In this document: positions 8,977-16,657 of the stretch, piece by piece
Position numbering within the stretch: the first letter of the stretch is position 1
Layout of the letters: each line of letters opens with the position of its first letter
Sequence record: MN850574.1
Origin: Escherichia phage kaaroe
Direction: 5' to 3' (one strand)
Length of the DNA: 64,000 bases
Made by a program: the position numbers and the translations under genes
The notes under the pieces: model-generated
Told to the model about the DNA's origin: nothing
The model's database searches: none
The model's input: only the letters and a program-made list of their open reading frames with translations

Positions 8977-10323
8977 ATGAATAAATCAGTTACTTACCGC
9001 AGCCTTGAAAGCATTGTACATAATGAAGCTAAGGAATATGCGATCTATTCTGCCGAGGAACGCGGGATTCCTCAATTAGTGGATGGGCTTAAACCAGTGC
9101 AACGCTTTGTTATGGAGTGCGCACTTCAAAAGAGTAAAGGTGACCGTAAGAAATTCCGTAAGATGGCAGATATTGGATCTGGTGTTGCTGAGTTGGGGTA
9201 TCACCACGGCGAAACTAATGCCGTAGAAGCCGGATCACTCATGGCGAATACATGGAGCAATAATACTCCACTGCTTGACGGTCAAGGTAACTTCGGATCG
9301 CGTTTAGTCCAGAAAGCAGGTGCGGCACGTTATATCTTTGCTCGCGTGCATGAAAACTTCTTTAAAATCTATAAAGATATGAATTGCGCACCTAAGCACG
9401 AAGATCTGGAACACATCCCGCCAGCGTTCTACTTGCCAGTTGTGCCAATGGTATTGGCTAACGGTATTAGTGGTATTGCTACAGGGTATAAAACTGACAT
9501 TTTACCGCATTCACTGGAAAGCCTTATTGAATGCACAGAGCTAGCACTTGCCGGAAAACTGGATAAAGAACCTAGTGTTCAATTCCCGAAATTCACGGGT
9601 AAAGTTATCCCGCGAGATGATCGCGATGGTGTGATTCTTGAGGGTACATATGAACTAAACGGCAAGACTAAACTGACAATATCAGAAGTTCCTTATAAGT
9701 TCGACCGTGAAGAATATGTAGCGGTACTGGATGCACTGGAAGAAAAAGATCTGATTGTATCGTATAATGACCGTTGCTCTAAGGACGGATTCAGATTTGA
9801 AGTAACACTGAAACGCGATTATTTCAAAAGCGAAGATGAATCCGCTCGACATGAGCAAATCATGAAGGATTTTAAACTAACGCAGTTAGTAGCCCAGAAT
9901 ATCGTAGTAGTTAACGAACGTGGTTTAGTAGAAGTATTCGAGAAAGCGAGCGATCTGATCCGTCGATTCGTCGAAATCCGATTAGGGTATGTCGATAAAC
10001 GCATTGAATTGATGCAAGCGGAAACGCTGGAAGCATACAATTATGCAATGGCTAAAGCCGAATTTATCGATCGCGTAATTAAGGGCGAAATCGAGCTACA
10101 GGGCAAGAAAAAGGCCGAGGTAATGCAATCCATCAATGGACATGAAAAACTGCGTCCATACGCCGATAAGCTAGTTTCTATGCCATTGTATAGCGTTACT
10201 CAAGAAGAGTATGATCGACTGGTCAAAGATGCCGATAAACATCATAGTGAATATGAGTATTGGACAAAGACGACCGCAATGAAGGAATATAAGAAAGATC
10301 TTAAAGAACTTAAGAAGGGTTGA
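8977..10323 (+). CDS. 52: DNA topoisomerase II medium subunit (GyrA-like)
   Basis: ATG after GAGGTG SD; GLKPVQRFV and active-site AARY motifs; T4 gp52-like. Confidence 0.9.
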   Translation: MNKSVTYRSLESIVHNEAKEYAIYSAEERGIPQLVDGLKPVQRFVMECALQKSKGDRKKFRKMADIGSGVAELGYHHGETNAVEAGSLMANTWSNNTPLLDGQGNFGSRLVQKAGAARYIFARVHENFFKIYKDMNCAPKHEDLEHIPPAFYLPVVPMVLANGISGIATGYKTDILPHSLESLIECTELALAGKLDKEPSVQFPKFTGKVIPRDDRDGVILEGTYELNGKTKLTISEVPYKFDREEYVAVLDALEEKDLIVSYNDRCSKDGFRFEVTLKRDYFKSEDESARHEQIMKDFKLTQLVAQNIVVVNERGLVEVFEKASDLIRRFVEIRLGYVDKRIELMQAETLEAYNYAMAKAEFIDRVIKGEIELQGKKKAEVMQSINGHEKLRPYADKLVSMPLYSVTQEEYDRLVKDADKHHSEYEYWTKTTAMKEYKKDLKELKKG

Positions 10324-10523
10324 TTATGAAAGAATATCCAGAAGGCGGTTATATTGCATTTGTGTACAACAATAAAAAGATTGTGCCAATGGTCGTTGAG
10401 ACTATGGAAGAAGCCAACCGGATCACTATTGAATCTCTGAGCAAATTAGCAGAGATGACAAACACACCAGAACACAGAGCAAAGATCGACAGCTTGATGA
10501 AAGAATTTTCAGAGAGGAAATAA
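10320..10523 (+). CDS. hypothetical protein (67 aa)
   Basis: ORF track; start overlaps gene 52 stop. Confidence 0.5.
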   Translation: MIMKEYPEGGYIAFVYNNKKIVPMVVETMEEANRITIESLSKLAEMTNTPEHRAKIDSLMKEFSERK

Positions 10524-10526
10524 ATT

Positions 10527-10922
10527 ATGACTGAACGACGCATTACTTCAAATGGTTTGGGTACTCATCATGCCTGGATGGTTGACCCAGACAAAAATCC
10601 TTATAAACTTTACGATACAACGATTAAACCGTGGAATAATGGCGTATGGAAAACACCACCCACAACAGCACCTATTATGACTGATCAGAAACCGTTTAGC
10701 CCGATGGCGGAACCAGTACAGATTAAGCCGTTACCTTACCAGATAACGACGAATAGCATCACCAACAAACAAGAAAATGATATTGATATGATCTACGAGA
10801 TGATTAAACTTTGGCGTGATGTTTATCTGGGTGTTCTCTGCAACACAGATAAAAGTGCACATGCGGCAGCGGTACTGGCATCTCATGCAGTAGACGAAGC
10901 CAAAAAGAAATTTAGTAAGTAA
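10527..10922 (+). CDS. hypothetical protein (131 aa)
   Basis: ORF track; AGAGGAAA SD. Confidence 0.5.
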   Translation: MTERRITSNGLGTHHAWMVDPDKNPYKLYDTTIKPWNNGVWKTPPTTAPIMTDQKPFSPMAEPVQIKPLPYQITTNSITNKQENDIDMIYEMIKLWRDVYLGVLCNTDKSAHAAAVLASHAVDEAKKKFSK

Positions 10923-10931
10923 CTGATTATT

Positions 10932-10958
10932 AAGCCGATCCTTGTGGTCGGCTTTTTT
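10932..10958 (+). terminator. intrinsic terminator
   Basis: AGCCGA / TCGGCT stem followed by TTTTTT. Confidence 0.6.
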
Positions 10959-10971
10959 ATTTTAAAAGTTG

Positions 10972-11000
10972 TTGACTTCCATAATCCATCATTGCATAAT
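10972..11000 (+). promoter_or_regulatory. sigma70-type early promoter
   Basis: TTGACT, 17-nt spacer, CATAAT, then conserved ACCAAACAAAAGGAGAATCAAAG leader. Confidence 0.5.
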
Positions 11001-11031
11001 ACACACATACCAAACAAAAGGAGAATCAAAG

Positions 11032-11304
11032 ATGAACAACGAAAACAGCAAAGTGTTGGCAATTGCAGATAAAGTAGGTTACTGGAAATGCTGGGATGAT
11101 ATGGAGAAATTAGGCGGTCGCTATCTCGATAACTTAGAGTTGCATTATTGCCAAGCGCGTAATGCAGAAGTTGCGGGAGTAGCAATCGAAGATATTCCGT
11201 CTAAAGTCTTCGGATTCTCTAAAGATGATACTCTAGAATATGTTTTCAAGGCTGTTATGGATCAAGCATGGGAAGACGCAGAGACACGCGCTCTTGACTG
11301 GTGA
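11032..11304 (+). CDS. hypothetical protein (90 aa)
   Basis: ATG after GGAGAATCA SD; track ORF 10969-11304 begins inside the promoter. Confidence 0.5.
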   Translation: MNNENSKVLAIADKVGYWKCWDDMEKLGGRYLDNLELHYCQARNAEVAGVAIEDIPSKVFGFSKDDTLEYVFKAVMDQAWEDAETRALDW

Positions 11305-11308
11305 TAAT

Positions 11309-11479
11309 ATGAACTGGTATAAAATTTGGAAAAATCAGGTGGAGGCTTATCTAGGGTATAAGCCAACCGACGAAGAATTACTTGAAGCAATGTACGAAGA
11401 CGGCTTAAATCCGAAAGTAGCCGCGCAAGAATACGCGGAATGGGTGAAGGTCGAAGATAACCTAAAGGGGAAACTATGA
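11309..11479 (+). CDS. hypothetical protein (56 aa)
   Basis: Internal ATG of track ORF 11240-11479, overlapping previous stop. Confidence 0.4.
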   Translation: MNWYKIWKNQVEAYLGYKPTDEELLEAMYEDGLNPKVAAQEYAEWVKVEDNLKGKL

Positions 11480-11676
11480 AGAAAATGATTGCGATTGCTT
11501 TGCTGGCTAGTGCATGTACGGTAAATGCTAATACCGCAGCGATGGTCGCGGCTGTAACTGCTGCAAATGCGTCTGTTATGGCATCGCAAGAGGCAGCACG
11601 CCAGCAAGCACAACAAGAAGCCCAGCGAAAAGCACATGAGGCGACGAAAAATTTCACGAAAATAACAAAAAACTAG
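11476..11676 (+). CDS. small secreted or lipo-protein (66 aa)
   Basis: N-terminal signal peptide MKKMIAIALLASAC...; Q/A-rich C-terminus. Confidence 0.5.
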   Translation: MKKMIAIALLASACTVNANTAAMVAAVTAANASVMASQEAARQQAQQEAQRKAHEATKNFTKITKN

Positions 11677-11710
11677 TTGACGCCAAAGGTCATCGGTAGT
11701 ATTATACTCC
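11677..11710 (+). promoter_or_regulatory. PeSL-like early promoter cassette
   Basis: TTGACG, 17-nt spacer, TATTAT, degenerate GTAGTA/TACTCC repeat, CCCATACCGAAACGAA leader. Confidence 0.5.
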
Positions 11711-11739
11711 CATACCGAAACGAACTGGAGGAAATAAAA

Positions 11740-11982
11740 ATGGTTAAAGTTAATGTTATCGAAGTTGCACTGTACGACGCTGGGATCTTCCTGAATGAAA
11801 AAGAAGCTGCCGTCCTCGACGAACTGAAAACTGTTTTTGTTCCTGTAGTAGAAGACGTAGAAGCAATCAAAATCGCTTCTCGTAAACTGTCCCGCGAAGC
11901 ATTCGACATGATTGATCCGGTTTTCAAAGTTATGCACGAATGCGCGGTTATGATGACCGAAGAAGAAGCGAAAAATTTCTAA
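11740..11982 (+). CDS. hypothetical acidic protein (80 aa)
   Basis: ATG after GGAGGAAA SD; track ORF starts at TTG inside the promoter. Confidence 0.5.
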   Translation: MVKVNVIEVALYDAGIFLNEKEAAVLDELKTVFVPVVEDVEAIKIASRKLSREAFDMIDPVFKVMHECAVMMTEEEAKNF

Positions 11983-11989
11983 AAACTAG

Positions 11990-12024
11990 TTGACGTAAAG
12001 ATAAGGGAGTAGTAACATACTCCC
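11990..12024 (+). promoter_or_regulatory. PeSL-like early promoter cassette
   Basis: TTGACG; inverted repeat GGGAGTA...TACTCCC across the -10; conserved leader. Confidence 0.55.
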
Positions 12025-12047
12025 ATACCAAACGAAAGGAGAATCAC

Positions 12048-12257
12048 ATGAAATCTATCGAGCAAGTAGTAACAGAGTTTATGAGCTACGAAGGAAACCG
12101 CATCTTTGGACGTTCTCAAGTTCGCGAGATCGTAGAAGAAGTTGCTGGAGAGTTTGCGGAATCTGGTCACATTATCACGCAAGAACGTAAAGAAGAAGCA
12201 GTAAACCAGATCATGGCTATACAGAAAATGCGTATTAATGCACGAGCGGGGGCTTAA
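12048..12257 (+). CDS. hypothetical protein (69 aa)
   Basis: ORF track; GGAGAATCA SD. Confidence 0.5.
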   Translation: MKSIEQVVTEFMSYEGNRIFGRSQVREIVEEVAGEFAESGHIITQERKEEAVNQIMAIQKMRINARAGA

Positions 12258-12258
12258 A

Positions 12259-12558
12259 ATGAATTTTACCGATAAAGTTTTTGAAATTAGTCGCACTACT
12301 TCAATTAAAAATCTTAGGGCGGCTGCATTTATGGTTGATAAAGGGTTTAATATGGCATCGTCTGACGGTGTACCGTACTTTGCACCAACTTTCGTTGGCT
12401 GGATGACTGATCGTAAACGTGATTACACTAAAGCATATCCGCATATGGTACTTAGTAAAATTATCACTAAAGTGTATCCACATATGGTACTTAATGACGT
12501 TATCACGGACCACGATCACTTTACAAACTTTATTGTTTCCGGTGAATGGCGAAAATAA
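12259..12558 (+). CDS. hypothetical protein (99 aa) with internal repeat
   Basis: Internal ATG of track ORF; contains YPHMVL direct repeat. Confidence 0.45.
   Translation: MNFTDKVFEISRTTSIKNLRAAAFMVDKGFNMASSDGVPYFAPTFVGWMTDRKRDYTKAYPHMVLSKIITKVYPHMVLNDVITDHDHFTNFIVSGEWRK
12436..12507 (+). repeat. intragenic imperfect direct repeat (two ~33-nt units)
   Basis: TATCCGCATATGGTACTTAGTAAAATTATCACT and TATCCACATATGGTACTTAATGACGTTATCACG. Confidence 0.6.
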
Positions 12559-12569
12559 TTTAAAACTAG

Positions 12570-12604
12570 TTGACACCGGATTAAGGGAGTAGTAACATAC
12601 TCCC
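12570..12604 (+). promoter_or_regulatory. PeSL-like early promoter cassette
   Basis: TTGACA; inverted repeat GGGAGTA...TACTCCC; conserved leader. Confidence 0.55.
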
Positions 12605-12632
12605 ATCAAGACAAAACACTGAGGAATATATT

Positions 12633-13391
12633 ATGAAAAACATTATCGCTGCTATCGTTCTTTCTGCTACTGCTTTCGGTGCTAACGCTGCGTCCTTTGA
12701 TTGCGCTAAAGCTACTACCAAATCAGAGAAGTTTATTTGTGCTAATGAGTCTATCTCCGCACTGGACTCTAAACTTCATGAGGTGTATGTTAAGGCTGTT
12801 AAGATTGATCCGTCTCTGAAACAAGAGCAACGAAACTGGAATAAAACTGTTCGTGATACAATGATCAATATAGGGCAGATTCAGCCACTGGAGGCTGTAT
12901 ATAACGCTCAAATCCAAAACTTGATGAATGTATTACCTAAAGAAGAAACCGCGTCAGAAAGCGATTCAGAGACTTCTGCGAAGGTTGAAGAAGAACAACC
13001 GAAACAGGAAGCAAAAGTGGTAGAAGAACCGAAGGTCGAAACTTTTACCTATCAATGTACCGTTCGTTATGAGTGGAGTATGAAAGATGGAATTTCCACA
13101 AAAATTAAAGAGGCTCCACTGTATGCAAAATATGGAAACCAGCCAGGGGATCTTAAAGTAACCATTAAAAATGGGAAGATGGTTGATTTTGTATACACTG
13201 ATGAATACAACGTACACAAAGCAAACGTACAAGAAACCGTTATGACTAAAGGCGGGTTTTATAAGAATGTTGGCAAGAAAGATCTATATGAATACTCCGT
13301 TTTCGAACCAAACGACGGAACTATTCGATTTGAAAAACGTCATCCTACATTCGGTGGAGCAATTGATGTAGATCAATACGTTTGCAAGTAA
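12633..13391 (+). CDS. secreted protein with DUF1311/LprI-like N-terminal domain
   Basis: Signal peptide MKNIIAAIVLSATAFGANA; FDCAKATTKSEKFICANESISALDSKLHEVY pattern. Confidence 0.5.
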   Translation: MKNIIAAIVLSATAFGANAASFDCAKATTKSEKFICANESISALDSKLHEVYVKAVKIDPSLKQEQRNWNKTVRDTMINIGQIQPLEAVYNAQIQNLMNVLPKEETASESDSETSAKVEEEQPKQEAKVVEEPKVETFTYQCTVRYEWSMKDGISTKIKEAPLYAKYGNQPGDLKVTIKNGKMVDFVYTDEYNVHKANVQETVMTKGGFYKNVGKKDLYEYSVFEPNDGTIRFEKRHPTFGGAIDVDQYVCK

Positions 13392-13402
13392 GAGGTTAAA
13401 TT

Positions 13403-13690
13403 ATGCAATTCAATAACATGAAGATTACAAAAGATTGGTGGAAGGCGATGCAAGATACTCCAGAAACCAAATTAAGCGAGACAACAACCACAATACAAGT
13501 TGATTACGAAGATCCGAAAGACATATACAGAGAGATTTTAATCAGAGAGCTTATAAAAGCTGGAAACTATCAAACACCAGATGGCCTTATTGACATGATG
13601 GTTAAAGGTCTGTATAGTGGTAAAAATCCAGATATTTTACCGTGGTACGAGGGATATTTTAAAACATATCGTGACCACAACCGAAAATAA
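13403..13690 (+). CDS. hypothetical protein (95 aa)
   Basis: ORF track; GAGG SD. Confidence 0.5.
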   Translation: MQFNNMKITKDWWKAMQDTPETKLSETTTTIQVDYEDPKDIYREILIRELIKAGNYQTPDGLIDMMVKGLYSGKNPDILPWYEGYFKTYRDHNRK

Positions 13691-13713
13691 GTTGTTGACG
13701 TGAGGATTATATT

Positions 13714-13905
13714 ATGGTAATTTTTAATCGCGATGGTATCATAGTTCGGCAGCATCCATTCCTTGAATACTATCAGGTTGAACAATGGGGATATGGAGAT
13801 TGCAACCGCTCATACGGTCAAAGCTGGGGATACCGTACAGTTTTTGAATCAACTAATATTGACAAAGTACGACAGAAAGTTTTAGAACTTCTTAACGATA
13901 AGTGA
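13714..13905 (+). CDS. hypothetical protein (63 aa)
   Basis: ORF track; GTGAGGATTATATTATG initiation motif. Confidence 0.5.
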   Translation: MVIFNRDGIIVRQHPFLEYYQVEQWGYGDCNRSYGQSWGYRTVFESTNIDKVRQKVLELLNDK

Positions 13906-13915
13906 GGATTACATC

Positions 13916-14284
13916 ATGGAAATTCAAAACAATTACGAAAAATGTGTTATTATCAATGATTTGCAACGTCAATTGCACAACTACGAAACCGATTATAAAA
14001 CAGCAACCAAAACTGGAAAGCTGAAAGTGTGGGAAGTCTGGTATAACCGGAACTATCTGGGAAGCATCCACAAACTTGATCGCAGTGATGTTTATACAAT
14101 GCATGTAGGCGCTTGTGGTGAATCGGATGTAGCATTTAATTTCATGGAAGCACTTGCATTCTATGTAGAATATCTGGTAGACTATATCGAGTTGGAAGAG
14201 GAAGTTGTAGAATTGCTTCCTCCACCGGAAGAAGCGCCGGAAGCAACGATCCTGAAAGCATTAAAGAAAATCTTTGTTAAGTGA
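13916..14284 (+). CDS. hypothetical acidic protein (122 aa)
   Basis: ORF track; GTGAGGATTACATCATG initiation motif. Confidence 0.5.
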   Translation: MEIQNNYEKCVIINDLQRQLHNYETDYKTATKTGKLKVWEVWYNRNYLGSIHKLDRSDVYTMHVGACGESDVAFNFMEALAFYVEYLVDYIELEEEVVELLPPPEEAPEATILKALKKIFVK

Positions 14285-14292
14285 GGTGAACT

Positions 14293-14625
14293 ATGAAAAA
14301 TGTACTGATTGTGTGGGAACTGATTCCAGAAACTACTGAATTATACATGGTACAGGTTGACAATAAAGAATTTGAAATTCTGAAACGCGTCAACTGCAAA
14401 TATATTAACATTGATGACATGACCCCAGAAATGGACTATGTAAACTATGCTCTCATGCAGCCTAGTTGGATTATGGATGAAACTAAAGCAGACGCCGAAT
14501 CGCTGGGTGTACCGGAAGAAGTATTAGCGAAATGGCATCAATTCAAAGTTGAAATAAAAGAGGGCGAACCGTTTATTCCTAGCGGTAAGATCGATGCGGT
14601 GATCGTAACAGGTTTTCATCTGTAA
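14293..14625 (+). CDS. hypothetical protein (110 aa)
   Basis: ORF track; GTGAGGTG SD. Confidence 0.5.
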   Translation: MKNVLIVWELIPETTELYMVQVDNKEFEILKRVNCKYINIDDMTPEMDYVNYALMQPSWIMDETKADAESLGVPEEVLAKWHQFKVEIKEGEPFIPSGKIDAVIVTGFHL

Positions 14626-14637
14626 GGAGATTATACA

Positions 14638-14970
14638 ATGTTTAACTATGACAAATATGAATCATGGAAAGCGACCGAATTGAAAGAGGCAGCGCGGTTA
14701 ATCACACCGCGTCTTTATCCGGTGTTGTTTAGCGCAGATAAAGTAACAAGGGAAGTAAACGAGGCGCTATCGGTTTTAGGCTATCTGATCGATAAAGTAG
14801 AGAAAACATCGGTATTCACAAATAGCGTAGAATATACCCGGTATCGAGTGTTTTTAGATTCCTTGCTCGTTGTCATTAAGGCACTAAATGATCATAACTA
14901 CACCATGAACATGACGAAAATAATCGACGAAGCAAGAATTATGACAGAGAATATTTTCGGTAAATTTTGA
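14638..14970 (+). CDS. hypothetical protein (110 aa), paralog of 15085-15408
   Basis: ORF track; C-terminal ...MTENIFGKF resembles ...AENVYGKF. Confidence 0.5.
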   Translation: MFNYDKYESWKATELKEAARLITPRLYPVLFSADKVTREVNEALSVLGYLIDKVEKTSVFTNSVEYTRYRVFLDSLLVVIKALNDHNYTMNMTKIIDEARIMTENIFGKF

Positions 14971-15084
14971 TTATGAAAGATGATGAATCATTGAAAATTG
15001 CACTGGTTATGCTATTACAAGGTATAGAATTAGCAAACCACGAAAAAATGTTGAAACAACAGCGTGAAATTATGAGAGGTGATT

Positions 15085-15408
15085 ATGATCGAGTTTGAAA
15101 TTGACAACTTTCACGAAAAAGCAGAAGACCTAACCAAAATTTTGATTAGTCGAGGTGCATATAATACGAAAGATATTATAAAAGAAGTTAATGTAGCGAT
15201 GGACGCGATCCGAAAGGAATTTAAACATATTTCAGCGATTGGAGAAAATGGTCATCTTGAAGATGTTGAGCTGGTAGCACTGCGACGCTATTACTTCTTT
15301 GTTGATTGCATCATTGATCTAGCTAAAAATTATAGTCATTACATGAAAGATATTGTAAAAGATGCACGTAAGCTGGCAGAGAATGTTTACGGGAAGTTTC
15401 CAGAATGA
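15085..15408 (+). CDS. hypothetical protein (108 aa), paralog of 14638-14970
   Basis: ATG after GAGAGG SD (track starts at GTG 15079). Confidence 0.5.
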   Translation: MIEFEIDNFHEKAEDLTKILISRGAYNTKDIIKEVNVAMDAIRKEFKHISAIGENGHLEDVELVALRRYYFFVDCIIDLAKNYSHYMKDIVKDARKLAENVYGKFPE

Positions 15409-15653
15409 AATTAGAACAAGCGATTGTATACTTTGAGATGGGCTATGATATTGCTCGTGTAGAGTGGGAAGATGGTGATTTTGTCCGATTGATTGATCTT
15501 CCAGAAACAGCTATTGCACTGGTCAAAGTAGAAAACGGCGTACAACGAAATTACGCGTTTTCTGACGAAGACAAACAAGCCGATGACTGGTACGCTACCT
15601 GTTTTCATCATACAGCGTCAAAATGCGATTCAGGCGCGTCTATGCGCCAATAA
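15405..15653 (+). CDS. hypothetical protein (82 aa)
   Basis: ORF track; start overlaps previous stop. Confidence 0.5.
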   Translation: MKLEQAIVYFEMGYDIARVEWEDGDFVRLIDLPETAIALVKVENGVQRNYAFSDEDKQADDWYATCFHHTASKCDSGASMRQ

Positions 15654-15656
15654 AAA

Positions 15657-15684
15657 GAAGGGGAGGCCGAAAGGCTTCCCCTTT
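15657..15684. terminator. bidirectional terminator between convergent gene blocks
   Basis: AAGGGGAGGCC-GAAA-GGCTTCCCCTT hairpin with A/T runs on both sides. Confidence 0.6.
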
Positions 15685-15687
15685 AAG

Positions 15688-16344
15688 TTATCTAATCCTT
15701 CCGAGGATTCTGGCAGATTGATTGCAAAGAGTATCTAAATTCTCAATGTCAATATCCGGTTTATTCTTCCATGAAATGGCGATACTACCAGAATAGACAT
15801 TATCGAGATTGAATATAGGACAAGAATACATGAAACCTATATCGATATTCTCTAATTTCTTTTCTCTTGATGGAATATACTGGAAATCTTTATCGGTAAA
15901 ATATGATTTACCTAAAAGATGCCTACGATATTCTTCACTCGTTTTATTGATAGGGAATCCGCCTAAATTTTTTTCATCGATTGTGTGAGGTAGCTTTCCT
16001 TCATATGCCACCAAATCAACAAAATAGTTTAGGTTTTTCGGACGAAAACTAAAAACAGCAGAAAAATCGGCATCAGCCGACACATGAACTATCTGTAACT
16101 GCTCCTGTGCTGCATTATCAAAATTGCGGTCTTTCTCTACCTGGAGAATGTGAGCATAAGTCTCATAACGAGTCTCTTTATAAAGCGCAAATAACTCGTT
16201 TTTACTATAAACGACAAATGCTAATATGGACAACACGACGGCAGCAAAAACACGAAGTACGAGCAACTCCGTGCTTTTAGTTGTGAAAATAGCGCGCAGG
16301 ACATTTGAGATAGCAAAGTCTTTCCCTTTTTCAGAAACTTGCAT
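15688..16344 (-). CDS. t: holin (T4 t-type, single N-terminal TMD with large periplasmic domain)
   Basis: 218 aa; strong similarity to T4 holin T (LQIVHVSADADFSAVFSFRPKNLNYFVDLVAYEGKLP, ...CNQSARILGRIR). Confidence 0.9.
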   Translation of the reverse strand: MQVSEKGKDFAISNVLRAIFTTKSTELLVLRVFAAVVLSILAFVVYSKNELFALYKETRYETYAHILQVEKDRNFDNAAQEQLQIVHVSADADFSAVFSFRPKNLNYFVDLVAYEGKLPHTIDEKNLGGFPINKTSEEYRRHLLGKSYFTDKDFQYIPSREKKLENIDIGFMYSCPIFNLDNVYSGSIAISWKNKPDIDIENLDTLCNQSARILGRIR

Positions 16345-16377
16345 ATAATGCCCTAAGATAACTATGACAGTGTACTC

Positions 16378-16617
16378 TTATTTAGGTAGTTGACTATCAC
16401 TAGGTTTATCTTGCTCGTTACTATCTTCTGACTGATCTTTATTAAACTCCTTATAAAGTTCTTCCACAAAACGATCATCAATTGGCGTATTGGTATAAGC
16501 CGCAAGACGACGAGCGCAATAGAAGAAAATTTTAGTGAGCATCTTTTCACTAATTAACTTTGACAATAATTTCATTCCGAAATTAGACAAAGCACCAATG
16601 ACGATATTATAGACCAT
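16378..16617 (-). CDS. hypothetical small protein (79 aa) at the position gp38 occupies in T4
   Basis: ORF track; AAGGAG SD 8 nt upstream; hydrophobic N-terminus, acidic tail. Confidence 0.45.
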   Translation of the reverse strand: MVYNIVIGALSNFGMKLLSKLISEKMLTKIFFYCARRLAAYTNTPIDDRFVEELYKEFNKDQSEDSNEQDKPSDSQLPK

Positions 16618-16657
16618 AGCCGTTTCTCCTTAGTAGTTCCCTTCCCTGGGAGTTTCC

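Noticed and set aside
11262-11937. Minus-strand ORFs 11262-11657, 11347-11937 and 11673-11927
   Set aside because: Overlap densely packed plus-strand genes with RBSs and promoters; Cys/Ser-rich low-complexity translations; spurious.
13695-13713. TTGACG at 13695 as another early promoter
   Set aside because: It lies only 13 nt from the ATG and overlaps the GTGAGGATTATATTATG initiation motif; no -10 at proper spacing.
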